64,000 nucleotides of DNA. Source: a plasmid. The stretch lies in sequence record NZ_CP143948.1. The stretch is one strand, 5' to 3'. Position 1 is the first letter of the stretch, and the number at the start of each line of letters is the position of its first letter. This document shows positions 40,969 through 51,138 of this stretch, one piece after another. The translations under genes and the position numbers were made by a program. The notes under the pieces are model-generated. The model ran no database searches, was not told where the DNA came from, and saw nothing but the letters and a program-made list of their open reading frames with translations.

Positions 40969-42405
40969 TTACTTTCTCCTGTCTATGTCACTGTCACTGT
41001 AATAGCGTGCCTTGCTTGCATACATTCTCCTGTCTGCTTCCTTCGCAATATCGTGTACAAACTCCCAGTCTTCCTCCAGACTTCTTACACATCCGTATGA
41101 GATGGTCATGGAATCGACGATTTTTCCTCTCCATTCAGCTACACTGCTGTCGAAATGCTTTGTCATAGCATCAAGCTCATCCGGCTTTTGTGTAATTATC
41201 ACAGCAAACTCATCTCCGCCTATTCTGTACACCCTGCCAAACTCACCAAAGCTTGCCATCATGCATGTTGCGGCTGCGCAAATCATCTCATCACCTGCAG
41301 CATGTCCATATGTATCGTTTACATGCTTTAAGCTGTTTAAATCAAGTGATATATATATCCACTCTTTTTTCAAATCAAGCTTATTGATATCTGTCTCATA
41401 GGCATGTCTGTTCAGGCACCCTGTAAGTGCATCAGTATTCGATATATACAGCAGCTTTTCTTTCTCATATTTTTCCTTCATAATCTTCGAAAACATATAC
41501 ATAATACAGCACGATGCGAGTATAAGATATATGCCAACTACAAGCAGTGCTACTACGCTGTTCGTCATATAAAAGGATTTGTCAATGGTGACAGCCACTA
41601 TATATTTGTCACCTCTCCTGATTACACATCTGCAGCCTGAATCATTTACGCTAATCTGCCTTACTGTTGGCTTATCGCTTTCCTTAATATCTGTTGGAAT
41701 GCCTAAATCGTGGAAGTTTTTTCCTATTTTGTCACAATCTGTGGCCCCCTTAACCAGTCCTGTATCTGCATCTGCCACATATATTTCCATGCCCTTGTAC
41801 ACAGGCATGTCAGAAACCACTGTAGATATTTCATTCTGCTTCAATTCATCTAAGAGCCTTTGCGGCTTCAAACCCACCTGTACCATCATTGTACCAGCCT
41901 CATTCCAGGTAATGGCATACATCATTGCCTTTCCCTCTGATGTATTCGGTGTGACATCCTGACACATCGTAAGGCTCTTATCGGTGAGCATTGGTTTAAA
42001 ATATGACATCTGAGTCCCCGAATCAAAGCTGTAGCCAAAGTATTTTGGCACGCTGCCGCTGGTTATACAACCTGTTTCATCAAACAGATGTATCTCATCT
42101 ACCGACATCAGCTTTGCTATCTTTTGCAATTCCTCCACATCATTTTCTACCTGTGGCTTTGCATCTACGATATATGACACTGCCTTTGCCCTGACTATAT
42201 AATCGTCCTTTAACGATTCTATAAGTTCCTCCTCACTCTGGTCATTTTTATTGAGCACAGTGACAACACGATCCAGAAGCACCTTTGATAGCCTATATGC
42301 ATTTGCATCATTTACATATTTCAAAATTCCCGCCTCGAGAATCAATGCTACTACGATTACTGAAACTGAGACCATTGCAAATCTTCGCTTATTTTTCATA
42401 TCCAA
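40969..42405 (-). CDS. Membrane sensor diguanylate cyclase (N-terminal TM plus extracytoplasmic sensor, C-terminal GGDEF)
   Basis: Intact GGDEF (RIGGDEFAV) with the upstream RHAYE. Confidence 0.85.
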   Translation of the reverse strand: MDMKNKRRFAMVSVSVIVVALILEAGILKYVNDANAYRLSKVLLDRVVTVLNKNDQSEEELIESLKDDYIVRAKAVSYIVDAKPQVENDVEELQKIAKLMSVDEIHLFDETGCITSGSVPKYFGYSFDSGTQMSYFKPMLTDKSLTMCQDVTPNTSEGKAMMYAITWNEAGTMMVQVGLKPQRLLDELKQNEISTVVSDMPVYKGMEIYVADADTGLVKGATDCDKIGKNFHDLGIPTDIKESDKPTVRQISVNDSGCRCVIRRGDKYIVAVTIDKSFYMTNSVVALLVVGIYLILASCCIMYMFSKIMKEKYEKEKLLYISNTDALTGCLNRHAYETDINKLDLKKEWIYISLDLNSLKHVNDTYGHAAGDEMICAAATCMMASFGEFGRVYRIGGDEFAVIITQKPDELDAMTKHFDSSVAEWRGKIVDSMTISYGCVRSLEEDWEFVHDIAKEADRRMYASKARYYSDSDIDRRK

Positions 42406-42455
42406 ATTATACCAAATATATGCTGATTACGCTATATTTTTCTATAAAATTACGG

Positions 42456-42721
42456 ACCGCAGGTCACCGCCTGCCGGGCAACGCACATACTCCCCGTAAG
42501 CTACGCTGCGCGGCTAAGATTCTGTACGAAATTATGCTTACAGTCTTTCTATGCTTGACGAAACCGGCTTTTATGCGCCGTCCATGGCGCATAACGCCTT
42601 GCCCAGCCGTCCATGGCTGGGCATTTCTGTGTTTCATGGCATAATTTCTACAGTATCTAAGCCGCTTCGCTATTCGCTTACGGGGAGTATGTGCGTTGCC
42701 CGGCAGGCGGTGACCTGCGGT
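42456..42721 (+). repeat. Structured repeat element, copy B: a perfect 45-46-bp terminal stem (42457-42501/42676-42720) around the conserved core
   Basis: The arms are exact reverse complements, and the core aligns with copies A and C. Confidence 0.8.
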
Positions 42722-42749
42722 ACTTACTCTTTGCTAAAACTCAGGTACT

Positions 42750-43151
42750 TTATTGTGGCTTCGGTATCTGGCAGTCAACATACAGGATATGGTTTATCAG
42801 CCAGTCTGTGAGGTATTTAAGGATTCCCATAATCTGCTCATCCTGATCTATCTCCTCATCACTGTGATGCTCAATGAACTCATCCAGCTTTTGTACAAAT
42901 TCCATATGCTGAACCTTCTGTGTAAACATCTTCTTGTAATGGATTGATTCCATGTACTGCTCCTCGTCAGCAAAGTGCTTTACCGTGTAGTCGCGCAGCT
43001 TCTCCAAGATGATATCCATCTTATCATATTTATCCGGTGTAAACTCATCATGCAGCAGTTCATATGCCTCATCTGCATATTTAAATAACTGCTTGTGCTC
43101 TTCATCAATCATATCTATTCCGATATAATATTCTGGTTTCATTTCATACAT
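42750..43151 (-). CDS. Bacteriohemerythrin
   Basis: Hemerythrin metal-ligand pattern H..E...H....H...D with HF/EE motifs. Confidence 0.8.
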   Translation of the reverse strand: MYEMKPEYYIGIDMIDEEHKQLFKYADEAYELLHDEFTPDKYDKMDIILEKLRDYTVKHFADEEQYMESIHYKKMFTQKVQHMEFVQKLDEFIEHHSDEEIDQDEQIMGILKYLTDWLINHILYVDCQIPKPQ

Positions 43152-43346
43152 AATTTCATCCTTCTTTCTTATGTAGTAATATATAAACTTTATGTTTTAT
43201 CATTAGCAACACTTTAACATTTCAACCAAAATGACTTATGATGTATAACGTAAACAGGTTGCTGTGCGACTATTTCAAGCGCCAGAACCATAAAATATGG
43301 TACTGCCGGTCACATCGCAGTGTGGCTGGTGATAACCGGACAGTCA

Positions 43347-44027
43347 TTAATTTATGGATTTTATATGCTTCCGGTTGTAGATCAGATGCAGATACATCGC
43401 ATCGTGGGCACGGACGGCATCGTGGGCTGCAATTGCATCTGCAATTTCACGATGAGTTTCGATGGTTTCATCCCGCAAGGTGAATTCTTTAGACTCACTG
43501 ATCAGAGGAATTGAACTGTTGATGATAGGAACCAGCTTTGGAACAACTATATTTTTGCTGCTTAAGGCAATAGCAGTATGAAATGCTCTATCCTTTTCAG
43601 TGTGATTTTTATTTGCAAGAAGGAGCTTTTCGGTATTTTCACATGCAGTAAGTATGTTTTTGATATCTGTCTCATCTGCACGGATAGCGGCCATGGCAGC
43701 TATGGATGGTTCGATTAGAAATCTGATTTCCATCAGATCTTTAATCATCTTTTGTTTATCTTCAACAAAGGTCAGGCCGAATGGATCATCAATCATCCCG
43801 GGAGTGGCGGAAACATATGAACCGGAGCCTTGGCGTATGGTGATTACATTACGTGATGCGAGTGCTCGCATAGCTTCACGCAGAGAGCTTCTTCCAACAT
43901 TCAGCCGTTCACACATTACGGTTTCGTTCGGAAGCTTGTCACCCGGCTGCAGATTTTCATCCAGTATGTATTTGATAATTCTCTCTGCAATCCTTTGGGA
44001 AAGAGTTTTTTCTTTGGAATTTTGCAT
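43347..44027 (-). CDS. GntR/FadR-family transcriptional regulator (FCD domain)
   Basis: wHTH LPNETVMCERLNVGRSSLREAMRALASRNVI plus a C-terminal FCD. Confidence 0.8.
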   Translation of the reverse strand: MQNSKEKTLSQRIAERIIKYILDENLQPGDKLPNETVMCERLNVGRSSLREAMRALASRNVITIRQGSGSYVSATPGMIDDPFGLTFVEDKQKMIKDLMEIRFLIEPSIAAMAAIRADETDIKNILTACENTEKLLLANKNHTEKDRAFHTAIALSSKNIVVPKLVPIINSSIPLISESKEFTLRDETIETHREIADAIAAHDAVRAHDAMYLHLIYNRKHIKSIN

Positions 44028-44141
44028 GTGATTTGCCTCCTGTTGCCCAATGCCTTGATGTTTAGTTTTTCTGTTCGTTTAAATATTCTTTCAAATATTT
44101 CATTGGCATTCTTTTTGTCTGTAACTCCCGGAAAATATTCC

Positions 44142-45818
44142 TTATATCCCATAGTTGTTTAAAAACACGCCTTTTTCGCATGGTCTGCCATACAGATATC
44201 CCTGCATATAATCTACATAGATTTCTTTCATTGCGCAAGCCCACTCTTCCTTCTCAATTCCCTCAATGCAGATTTTTATATTTATACTGTGAACCATCTC
44301 TATAATCTTTCTGAACAGCTCATAGTCCTTCTCACTGCTCATCGCCCTTGCCGTAAAATCCTTATCTATCTTTACATAGTCCGGGTTCATCTCACTGATA
44401 TAGCGAAGATTTGAATAGCCTGTTCCAAAATCATCTATTATGAACTGGATATTATTCTCATCAAGCTTTTTCCTGAAGCTGCAAAAACATGGCGTCATAT
44501 CCATGAATCCACTCTCTGTCATTTCGATACAGATGGATTCAGGTCTCAGATTGTTTGCCCGGATAGCAGTAAGGATTTTATTTGCCATACTTCCACGCAT
44601 AATCTGTATATATGATACATTGATATTTACCCTGAAATCCGCAATATACTGCTGCATTTCACGGCACATTTTTGCTGCTTCGTTCAATACAAACTCTCCA
44701 ACCGGAATGATGAGCCTGCTCTTCTCCAGTAAAGGAATAAACTCAACCGGGGAAATCATTTCATCGCCCTCATCCGAATGCATGAAAAACCGTAAAAGTG
44801 CCTCTGCACCGATTATTCGATTAGCACTATCTAAGATAGGCTGATAATATACCTCAAAGCCTTCAAAATCATTTACAGTTGCGCTACGAAGCGCACTCAG
44901 GATGGTATTTTTGCGCAATGACACTTTATAATCCTCTTCCTCGAAGAAATAAAGGCTTCCTCCGCCTCTTTTTTTTGCGCATTTTAAAGAAAAATCCGAC
45001 TTTTTCCTGCACTCTATTGCGTCCTCTGCCAGTGTTGATATATCTGTCACTCCGGCAGAAATCGAAAAGATTGATTTATAGTTTTCATCAACTATAAACT
45101 CATCAATTTTTTCACCTATCCTTTTGAACAACTGCACCACATCATCCTGCGATTTGCTAAGCATATCCACAAGCATATACTTATCTGTAACAAGATGATA
45201 TATTCTCTGACCGCTTGAGAGACATTCTGCTATGCATTCGGCCACTCTTTTAAGTATGTAGTTGCCATATATCTGACCCTGAACATTATTGATTATCCCA
45301 AAATCGTCAATTCCAATCTGTATGAAATAACCTGACAGCTTCTCTTTAGGCTGTGAATAGAGATATGATGCCATCTCCTTTTCACCTAACAGCCCACTGA
45401 TATTGTCAGCTCGCTGCCTTGTTCCTGTCTCGTTCATGCAGCCTATAATATATCGTGGTTTCCCCGCCTCGTCATTGATGACCTCCCCACGGCAGTTAAT
45501 CCATACCGGGAGATTTTTGCTGTTCATCAAACGACATAGCACGTTGTACCTTTTTTCTTTTCCATCATATATTTTACGCTTGTGATTTTCGAGCAGCTTA
45601 CGGTCTTTCTCATAAACCAATGTACGAAGATGCTTTGTTGCATCATTCATAAATTTATCAGGAAGCATAAAACGCTCTACCGCTGACTGTGATATCCTCA
45701 GTGTATCATTCTTTAAATCTATAATATACAGATAATCATCCATACAAGGTGCAATTAAGTCTATCAGACTTCCTGCCTCCTGCTCGTCAAGTATTTTATA
45801 TGCATCAAAAGCCCTCAT
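44142..45818 (-). CDS. c-di-GMP phosphodiesterase: N-terminal sensor region, a degenerate GGDEF (GIDDF) and an intact EAL
   Basis: EALLRF plus DDFGTGYSNL; the GGDEF motif is replaced by IGIDDFG. Confidence 0.8.
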   Translation of the reverse strand: MRAFDAYKILDEQEAGSLIDLIAPCMDDYLYIIDLKNDTLRISQSAVERFMLPDKFMNDATKHLRTLVYEKDRKLLENHKRKIYDGKEKRYNVLCRLMNSKNLPVWINCRGEVINDEAGKPRYIIGCMNETGTRQRADNISGLLGEKEMASYLYSQPKEKLSGYFIQIGIDDFGIINNVQGQIYGNYILKRVAECIAECLSSGQRIYHLVTDKYMLVDMLSKSQDDVVQLFKRIGEKIDEFIVDENYKSIFSISAGVTDISTLAEDAIECRKKSDFSLKCAKKRGGGSLYFFEEEDYKVSLRKNTILSALRSATVNDFEGFEVYYQPILDSANRIIGAEALLRFFMHSDEGDEMISPVEFIPLLEKSRLIIPVGEFVLNEAAKMCREMQQYIADFRVNINVSYIQIMRGSMANKILTAIRANNLRPESICIEMTESGFMDMTPCFCSFRKKLDENNIQFIIDDFGTGYSNLRYISEMNPDYVKIDKDFTARAMSSEKDYELFRKIIEMVHSINIKICIEGIEKEEWACAMKEIYVDYMQGYLYGRPCEKGVFLNNYGI

Positions 45819-45839
45819 TAAATTTCACCTTCTATTATA

Positions 45840-47552
45840 TTACTCTTCAATGTCTGAGATTTTGAATTTTGCTATCATTTCACTCAGATTTTCTGATTCA
45901 CTGCTCATCTGCTGGCTCGCAGCCGCACACTCCTGTGATGTTGCTGAATTGGTCTGTACAACATCATTGATCTGCTCAATTCCTTCGTTAATCTGCTTGA
46001 TCTCACTGGTCTGGGTCTCCAGTGTATCAGCTATATTAGTCACCTCTTTTGTAATCACCTTAGAGTTCTCTGCTACTTCTTCAAGCTGTGAAGCTGTCTG
46101 CTCTGCAATATTCATGCCTTTTTCAACAGCCTGCACAGATGTCTCTATAAGCGCAGCTGATTCCTTTGCAGCCTGTGCACTTTGATCGGCAAGCATATTT
46201 ACCTGATTTGCCACAACCGCAAAGCCTTTTCCTGCCTCCCCTGCTCTTGCTGCCTCAATAGAAGCGTTTAATGCAAGCAGGTTGGTCTGTGATGCAATCT
46301 CATTAATGGTTGATATAATCTGGTCAATCTGTTTAGAGGCTTCGTTTATTTCATGCATAGATGTAACCATCTCCTGCATCTTTCCATTGCTTTCCCAAAT
46401 TGCACCTCCAAGCTCATCCACTCTTCCACTGATTTCCTTTGCACTCTTTGAATTCTGCTCCACCTGCTCTGAAACTCCCTCAACCGTCGCTGTCAGTTCC
46501 TCTACAACCGCAGCCTGATTGGTTGCACCGTCTGCAAGGTCATTTGAGCTTGCAGCTACCTGCTCTGCCGCACTTGAAACCTCGCTTGATACATTCTGGA
46601 TTCCCTTTATGGTGACTGCCATACTTTTTTCAAATTCCATAAATGAATGTAAAATACCTACAAAATCGCCTCTCCACTCTACTTCCGGCTGTGCATCAAA
46701 ATGTCCGTCCGCAAAGAGCTTCATCGACCTGTCTATATCATCCACATATGAGCCGAGAATACGGATAGACTTTCTCATGCTGTGTGCCAATCTACCGATT
46801 TCATCCTCTGAACGGTAATCAAGTGTGCTGTGAAGATTTCCTTCTGTCAGCTCCTTTGCCACTTCCTCGATTGCATGTAATGGCTCAAGGATTGTATCAA
46901 GCACGATCTTTCCTGTTCTCTTTGTCAACTGCCATGCACATATCAGACAGATAATGATGACCATGAGTCCGACTGCAGCACATACATATGTCCTTACAAC
47001 TGCCTGATGGCTTCTTTCGTCAGTCAGCTTGTTGATTTCCTTTGCAAGCTCAACTGTTTTATTTAACTTTGGTGTACACTCATTGATAATCTGATCAACA
47101 GCCTCATCCTTCTGTCCGGCTTTAATCTTATCCATGATTGAGTATCCGATATTCGCCCAGTCAGAAAGAGCCTTTGAATATTCATTATACTGATTCTCAG
47201 GAACGATACCTGATTTTTTTATTGTTTTTAACTGCACATCAACATCTTCAAGCTTTTCTTTTGCGCCCTGCTCATAGTCGTCATATGTTGATTTGTCAGG
47301 ATTAAGTGCCATCTCTCTTACATTTCTAGCCGCTGCATTTACATTTATTCTACATGTCTTAACCGCCTGATCGGCAGCATTTACCTTGTTTACATAGTTT
47401 AACATATTGAAAAACAACACACCAATGACCGCAATCGAAAGCAGTCCCGAAATAAGCATCATGGTAATAACCATTCTATAGCCATAGTTAATCCTTTCAC
47501 CCAAATGCATGTTTTCCAATTTCTTTTTCATCGCATCTTTTTTTGAAGACAT
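45840..47552 (-). CDS. Methyl-accepting chemotaxis protein
   Basis: TM, HAMP and the highly conserved signalling domain NLLALNASIEAARAGEAGKGFAVVANQV. Confidence 0.9.
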   Translation of the reverse strand: MSSKKDAMKKKLENMHLGERINYGYRMVITMMLISGLLSIAVIGVLFFNMLNYVNKVNAADQAVKTCRINVNAAARNVREMALNPDKSTYDDYEQGAKEKLEDVDVQLKTIKKSGIVPENQYNEYSKALSDWANIGYSIMDKIKAGQKDEAVDQIINECTPKLNKTVELAKEINKLTDERSHQAVVRTYVCAAVGLMVIIICLICAWQLTKRTGKIVLDTILEPLHAIEEVAKELTEGNLHSTLDYRSEDEIGRLAHSMRKSIRILGSYVDDIDRSMKLFADGHFDAQPEVEWRGDFVGILHSFMEFEKSMAVTIKGIQNVSSEVSSAAEQVAASSNDLADGATNQAAVVEELTATVEGVSEQVEQNSKSAKEISGRVDELGGAIWESNGKMQEMVTSMHEINEASKQIDQIISTINEIASQTNLLALNASIEAARAGEAGKGFAVVANQVNMLADQSAQAAKESAALIETSVQAVEKGMNIAEQTASQLEEVAENSKVITKEVTNIADTLETQTSEIKQINEGIEQINDVVQTNSATSQECAAASQQMSSESENLSEMIAKFKISDIEE

Positions 47553-47798
47553 AGTTTGTTATTTCCTCCTATCTTATGATACCTTTTGACCCTTTAATCA
47601 TATTATTATTTATACTCAAGTCTGAATTCGTCAGATGAATTTAGTATAGTACTATTTTTCTAAGGGCACAATACTGTATTCTCAATAATCTTTATGTGAA
47701 TCTTTCTATTAAATATGTGGTTTTGCACAAAATGGTATGATTTTTTCGCAATTCCCTCAAAATACGTATGATGATTTTTATCTTGTTTTATGTAATGA

Positions 47799-48063
47799 TG
47801 CAAGTCCCGGCTGCCCGACCGGCCACACAGCTTCCCCGCGTGCTACGCTGCGCTACTAAGATACTGTACGGAATTATGCTTGAAGGGCTTCTATGCCTGA
47901 CGAAACCGTCGAAACGCGCCGTCCGTGGCGCGGTTCTCCTCGCCCCTGCGTCCATGCAGGAGCGTTTCTGTGTTTCATGGCATAATTTCTACAGTATCTA
48001 AGAAGCTTCGCTATTCGCACGCGGGGGAAGCTGTGTGTGCCGGTCGGGCAGCCGGGGCTTGCA
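47799..48063 (+). repeat. Structured repeat element, copy C: a ~44-bp terminal stem (47800-47842/48018-48062, one wobble and two bulges) around the conserved core
   Basis: Arms are complementary; the core aligns with copies A and B. Confidence 0.8.
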
Positions 48064-48082
48064 GTTATATATTCAAGAAAAA

Positions 48083-48859
48083 TCAGCTCAGAAGTGAAAA
48101 TGCAAATACCACGATGCCAAGTATTACAAGCACAATACCTGTGGCACGGTTTAAGGTTTTTGCGGATGCCTTGTTTGCAAAGACCGCTGCAATTCTCGCC
48201 CAAAGGAGTGTAAATGCAATACATAAAAGCAGCACAAACCAGTCCGGTTTTCCACCGATGGCAAAGTGCGAGGCAGCTCCTGTAAAGGCTGTAAATGCCA
48301 TGATAAATACGCTCGTTCCGACTGCAGTCTTAAGCTCATAGCCAAGCACCGATGTGAGGATGAGGAGCATCATCATACCGCCTCCCGCACCTATGAAGCC
48401 ACAGATAAATCCGATAAGCACGCCGCAGATGATTGACTGGACAGCTCTCTTTTTAGCTGAAACTCCCTGCATGGCCTCCTTTGTTGTCATGACAGGACGG
48501 ACTATAAACTTGATTCCGAGTAAAAATGTCATAAATACCGAAAAGTTGCCCATTGTTGCTGACGGCACGAGGCTTGATACATAGCTCCCGACAACCGTGA
48601 AGCATAAAACCGTGACCATCATTATGAGCCCGTTTTTTACATCAAGGTTCTTGTTCTTTCCATATGTATAGGCTGACACTGCGCTGGCAAGTACATCAGA
48701 CGACAGGGCTATTCCCACTGCCATATAAGGATCCATTCCCAAAAATGTAATGAGCATAGGGCTTATTACTGCTGCTGCGCTTAGTCCCGCAAAGCCGGTT
48801 CCAAGGCCTGCGCCCATACCGGCAAAAAATGTTACTATTATAGTTATTAATGTGCTCAT
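48083..48859 (-). CDS. TSUP-family (TauE/SafE) membrane transporter
   Basis: Gly-rich polytopic protein of 258 aa. Confidence 0.75.
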   Translation of the reverse strand: MSTLITIIVTFFAGMGAGLGTGFAGLSAAAVISPMLITFLGMDPYMAVGIALSSDVLASAVSAYTYGKNKNLDVKNGLIMMVTVLCFTVVGSYVSSLVPSATMGNFSVFMTFLLGIKFIVRPVMTTKEAMQGVSAKKRAVQSIICGVLIGFICGFIGAGGGMMMLLILTSVLGYELKTAVGTSVFIMAFTAFTGAASHFAIGGKPDWFVLLLCIAFTLLWARIAAVFANKASAKTLNRATGIVLVILGIVVFAFSLLS

Positions 48860-49323
48860 TTGTGTGATTTCCTCCTGATTATTTCATCCATATTATTCTC
48901 AAGCTGTTCCATAACAATCGTCAGCTGCTTTTTCTGCTCCTCATCTACCCCTGCAAACAGATTTGCTGTAAACTGCTGCTGTATACGCCTTCCTCTTTCA
49001 ATGACAGTCCCGGCCTTTTTTGTACAGACAAGCTCCGTCTTCCTCCTATCATTTTCCACAGGTTTTCTCTCCAGATAGCCCTCATTCACAAGCTTATCAA
49101 CATTTACAGACACAAGATTTGCCTTGATTTTTCTTATTTCAACTATATCCCTTGCCGTCTTATATTCCGGATTGTTCGCCAGAAACATGAGTATATCAAA
49201 GGCTGTCTGCGGAAGCTTTAGCTCATGGCACAGTGGTCTGCACTCATCGCTGTAGGTTCGCGAAATCTTCTCTGCAAACTCAAAGTTAAATTTCATATGT
49301 GATATTCCTTCTTTTCTTTTCAT
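48856..49323 (-). CDS. MarR-family transcriptional regulator; overlaps the TSUP gene by 4 nt (operon)
   Basis: wHTH ...TARDIVEIRKIKANLVSVNVDKLVNEGYLERKPVENDRRK. Confidence 0.8.
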   Translation of the reverse strand: MKRKEGISHMKFNFEFAEKISRTYSDECRPLCHELKLPQTAFDILMFLANNPEYKTARDIVEIRKIKANLVSVNVDKLVNEGYLERKPVENDRRKTELVCTKKAGTVIERGRRIQQQFTANLFAGVDEEQKKQLTIVMEQLENNMDEIIRRKSHK

Positions 49324-49651
49324 ATTTTGCTGCTTCGTTATACATTTTTGAATTATTCATTTTTGAACTAATTATATATCTCTCTGTCATTTTGTCAAGC
49401 GGTTATCGTAATTTATACCCTGCAATGCTATACTTTTTGAGGCATTTTTTCATTAACTATTATGATATGATTTAACAGTTATATAATACCTTGAAAGTAT
49501 CCTGCAGTCATGGTATTATATGTAATTGGCGCTTTGTTGCACATTTTAAACACCGGCTAATCTACCGGTGATTTTAATTTTAATAACTAAAGCTTCGTAC
49601 ATATATAATGTAGGAGTTTTAAATTAACAATCATTTACAATAGGAGGAATT

Positions 49652-51049
49652 ATGAGTCAGGAAACAAATTCAGCCCCTGTAACAGAGAACAAGATGGGAA
49701 CCATGCCTATCGGCAGACTTGTATTTAACATGTCTTTGCCTATGATGATTTCCATGCTCGTACAGGCTCTATACAACATCGTGGACAGTATTTTCGTTGC
49801 AAAGCTGTCCGAAAACGCACTCACAGCAGTTTCACTTGCCTTCCCTTTGCAGACACTCATCATCGCTGTCGCAACCGGTACAGGTGTAGGTGTAAACGCG
49901 CTGCTGTCAAAGTCCCTCGGCGCCCATAAATACGACGAGGCCAACAAAATCGGCATCAACGGTGCCGTGCTATATGCATTCAGCTACGTAATATTTCTGA
50001 TTCTCGGACTTACAATCGTAAAGCCTTTTTACATGAGTCAGATTGGAAATGCTGATATCGAAATCATGGATATGGGTGTGAGCTACCTGAGTACTGTTAT
50101 GATTTTTTCATTTGGTATTTTTGCGGAAATCTTTTTTGAGAGGGTGCTTACATCGACAGGAAGAACTATTTTCAGCATGACCTCACAGCTTTGCGGTGCC
50201 ATCACAAATATCATTCTGGATCCTATCATGATCTTTGGACTGCTTGGCTTCCCTAAGCTCGGTGCTACCGGTGCAGCCGTGGCAACCGTTGTGGGACAGT
50301 GCGTAGCCGCCGTTGTTGCCTTTGCCTGCAACCACAAATTCAATCATGAAATCAGCCTGAGCTTCAAGGGCTACAGCCCGGATTTCAAAATCATGGGAAC
50401 CATTTATGCTATCGGTATTCCGTCAATCATCATGCAGTCTATAGGCTCTATAATGACATATGCCATGAACAGAATACTTATCGGCTTTTCATCGACTGCC
50501 GCTGCTGTTTTCGGTGTTTATTTCAAGCTGCAGAGCTTCTTCTTTATGCCTGTATTCGGACTGAACAACGGAATCACACCTATCATCGCATTCAACTACG
50601 GTGCTCAGAACAGAAAGCGTATGGTTAAAACAATAAAGGTCAGCCTGATAACAGCATTCTGTCTGCTCTTCGTTGGCTTTGCCTGCTTTGAGTTCATACC
50701 ACATGTGCTTCTTGGAATGTTCAGCGCCTCTGACGATATGCTTAAAATCGGTGTTCCGGCGCTCAGAATAATCGGAGTGCATTTCCTCATCGCATGGTTT
50801 TGTATTATCGTCGGCACAGTATTCCAGGCTTTGGGAAAGGCGGTCTTTTCCATGATCGTATCAATCATGCGTCAGCTTGTGGTTTTAATTCCGGCAGCAT
50901 ACATCCTTTCAAAGCTCGGTGGACTTCACGCAGTATGGTGGGCTTTCCCGATAGCAGAGGTGATATCCTTTACTGTTTCGACATTATTCTTAATCAGGAT
51001 CAACAGAACTGTCATCTCAAAGATTCCTGATGGAAGCGATGTGCTGTAA
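49652..51049 (+). CDS. MATE-family efflux transporter
   Basis: 12 TM helices, 465 aa; the N-terminus is typical of MATE (NorM/DinF). Confidence 0.85.
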   Translation: MSQETNSAPVTENKMGTMPIGRLVFNMSLPMMISMLVQALYNIVDSIFVAKLSENALTAVSLAFPLQTLIIAVATGTGVGVNALLSKSLGAHKYDEANKIGINGAVLYAFSYVIFLILGLTIVKPFYMSQIGNADIEIMDMGVSYLSTVMIFSFGIFAEIFFERVLTSTGRTIFSMTSQLCGAITNIILDPIMIFGLLGFPKLGATGAAVATVVGQCVAAVVAFACNHKFNHEISLSFKGYSPDFKIMGTIYAIGIPSIIMQSIGSIMTYAMNRILIGFSSTAAAVFGVYFKLQSFFFMPVFGLNNGITPIIAFNYGAQNRKRMVKTIKVSLITAFCLLFVGFACFEFIPHVLLGMFSASDDMLKIGVPALRIIGVHFLIAWFCIIVGTVFQALGKAVFSMIVSIMRQLVVLIPAAYILSKLGGLHAVWWAFPIAEVISFTVSTLFLIRINRTVISKIPDGSDVL

Positions 51050-51085
51050 AAAATTTTACTTGAGCTTTAAAATAATCAACAATAA

Positions 51086-51138
51086 AATCCGCTGCATTAT
51101 ATCATGTGCGTAATCATATGATATAGTGTAGCGGATTT
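51086..51138 (+). terminator. Large stem-loop downstream of the MATE gene (possible terminator or structured element)
   Basis: A 12-bp stem AAATCCGCTGCA/TGTAGCGGATTT around a ~30-nt loop that is itself palindromic (tatatcat...atgatata), then an A/T run. Confidence 0.35.

Noticed and set aside
42456-42721. c-di-GMP riboswitch (GEMM) upstream of the GGDEF gene
   Set aside because: The element's sequence and structure (long terminal helix, twin GUCCAU hairpins) do not resemble the GEMM-I/II consensus. The same element also occurs next to unrelated genes.
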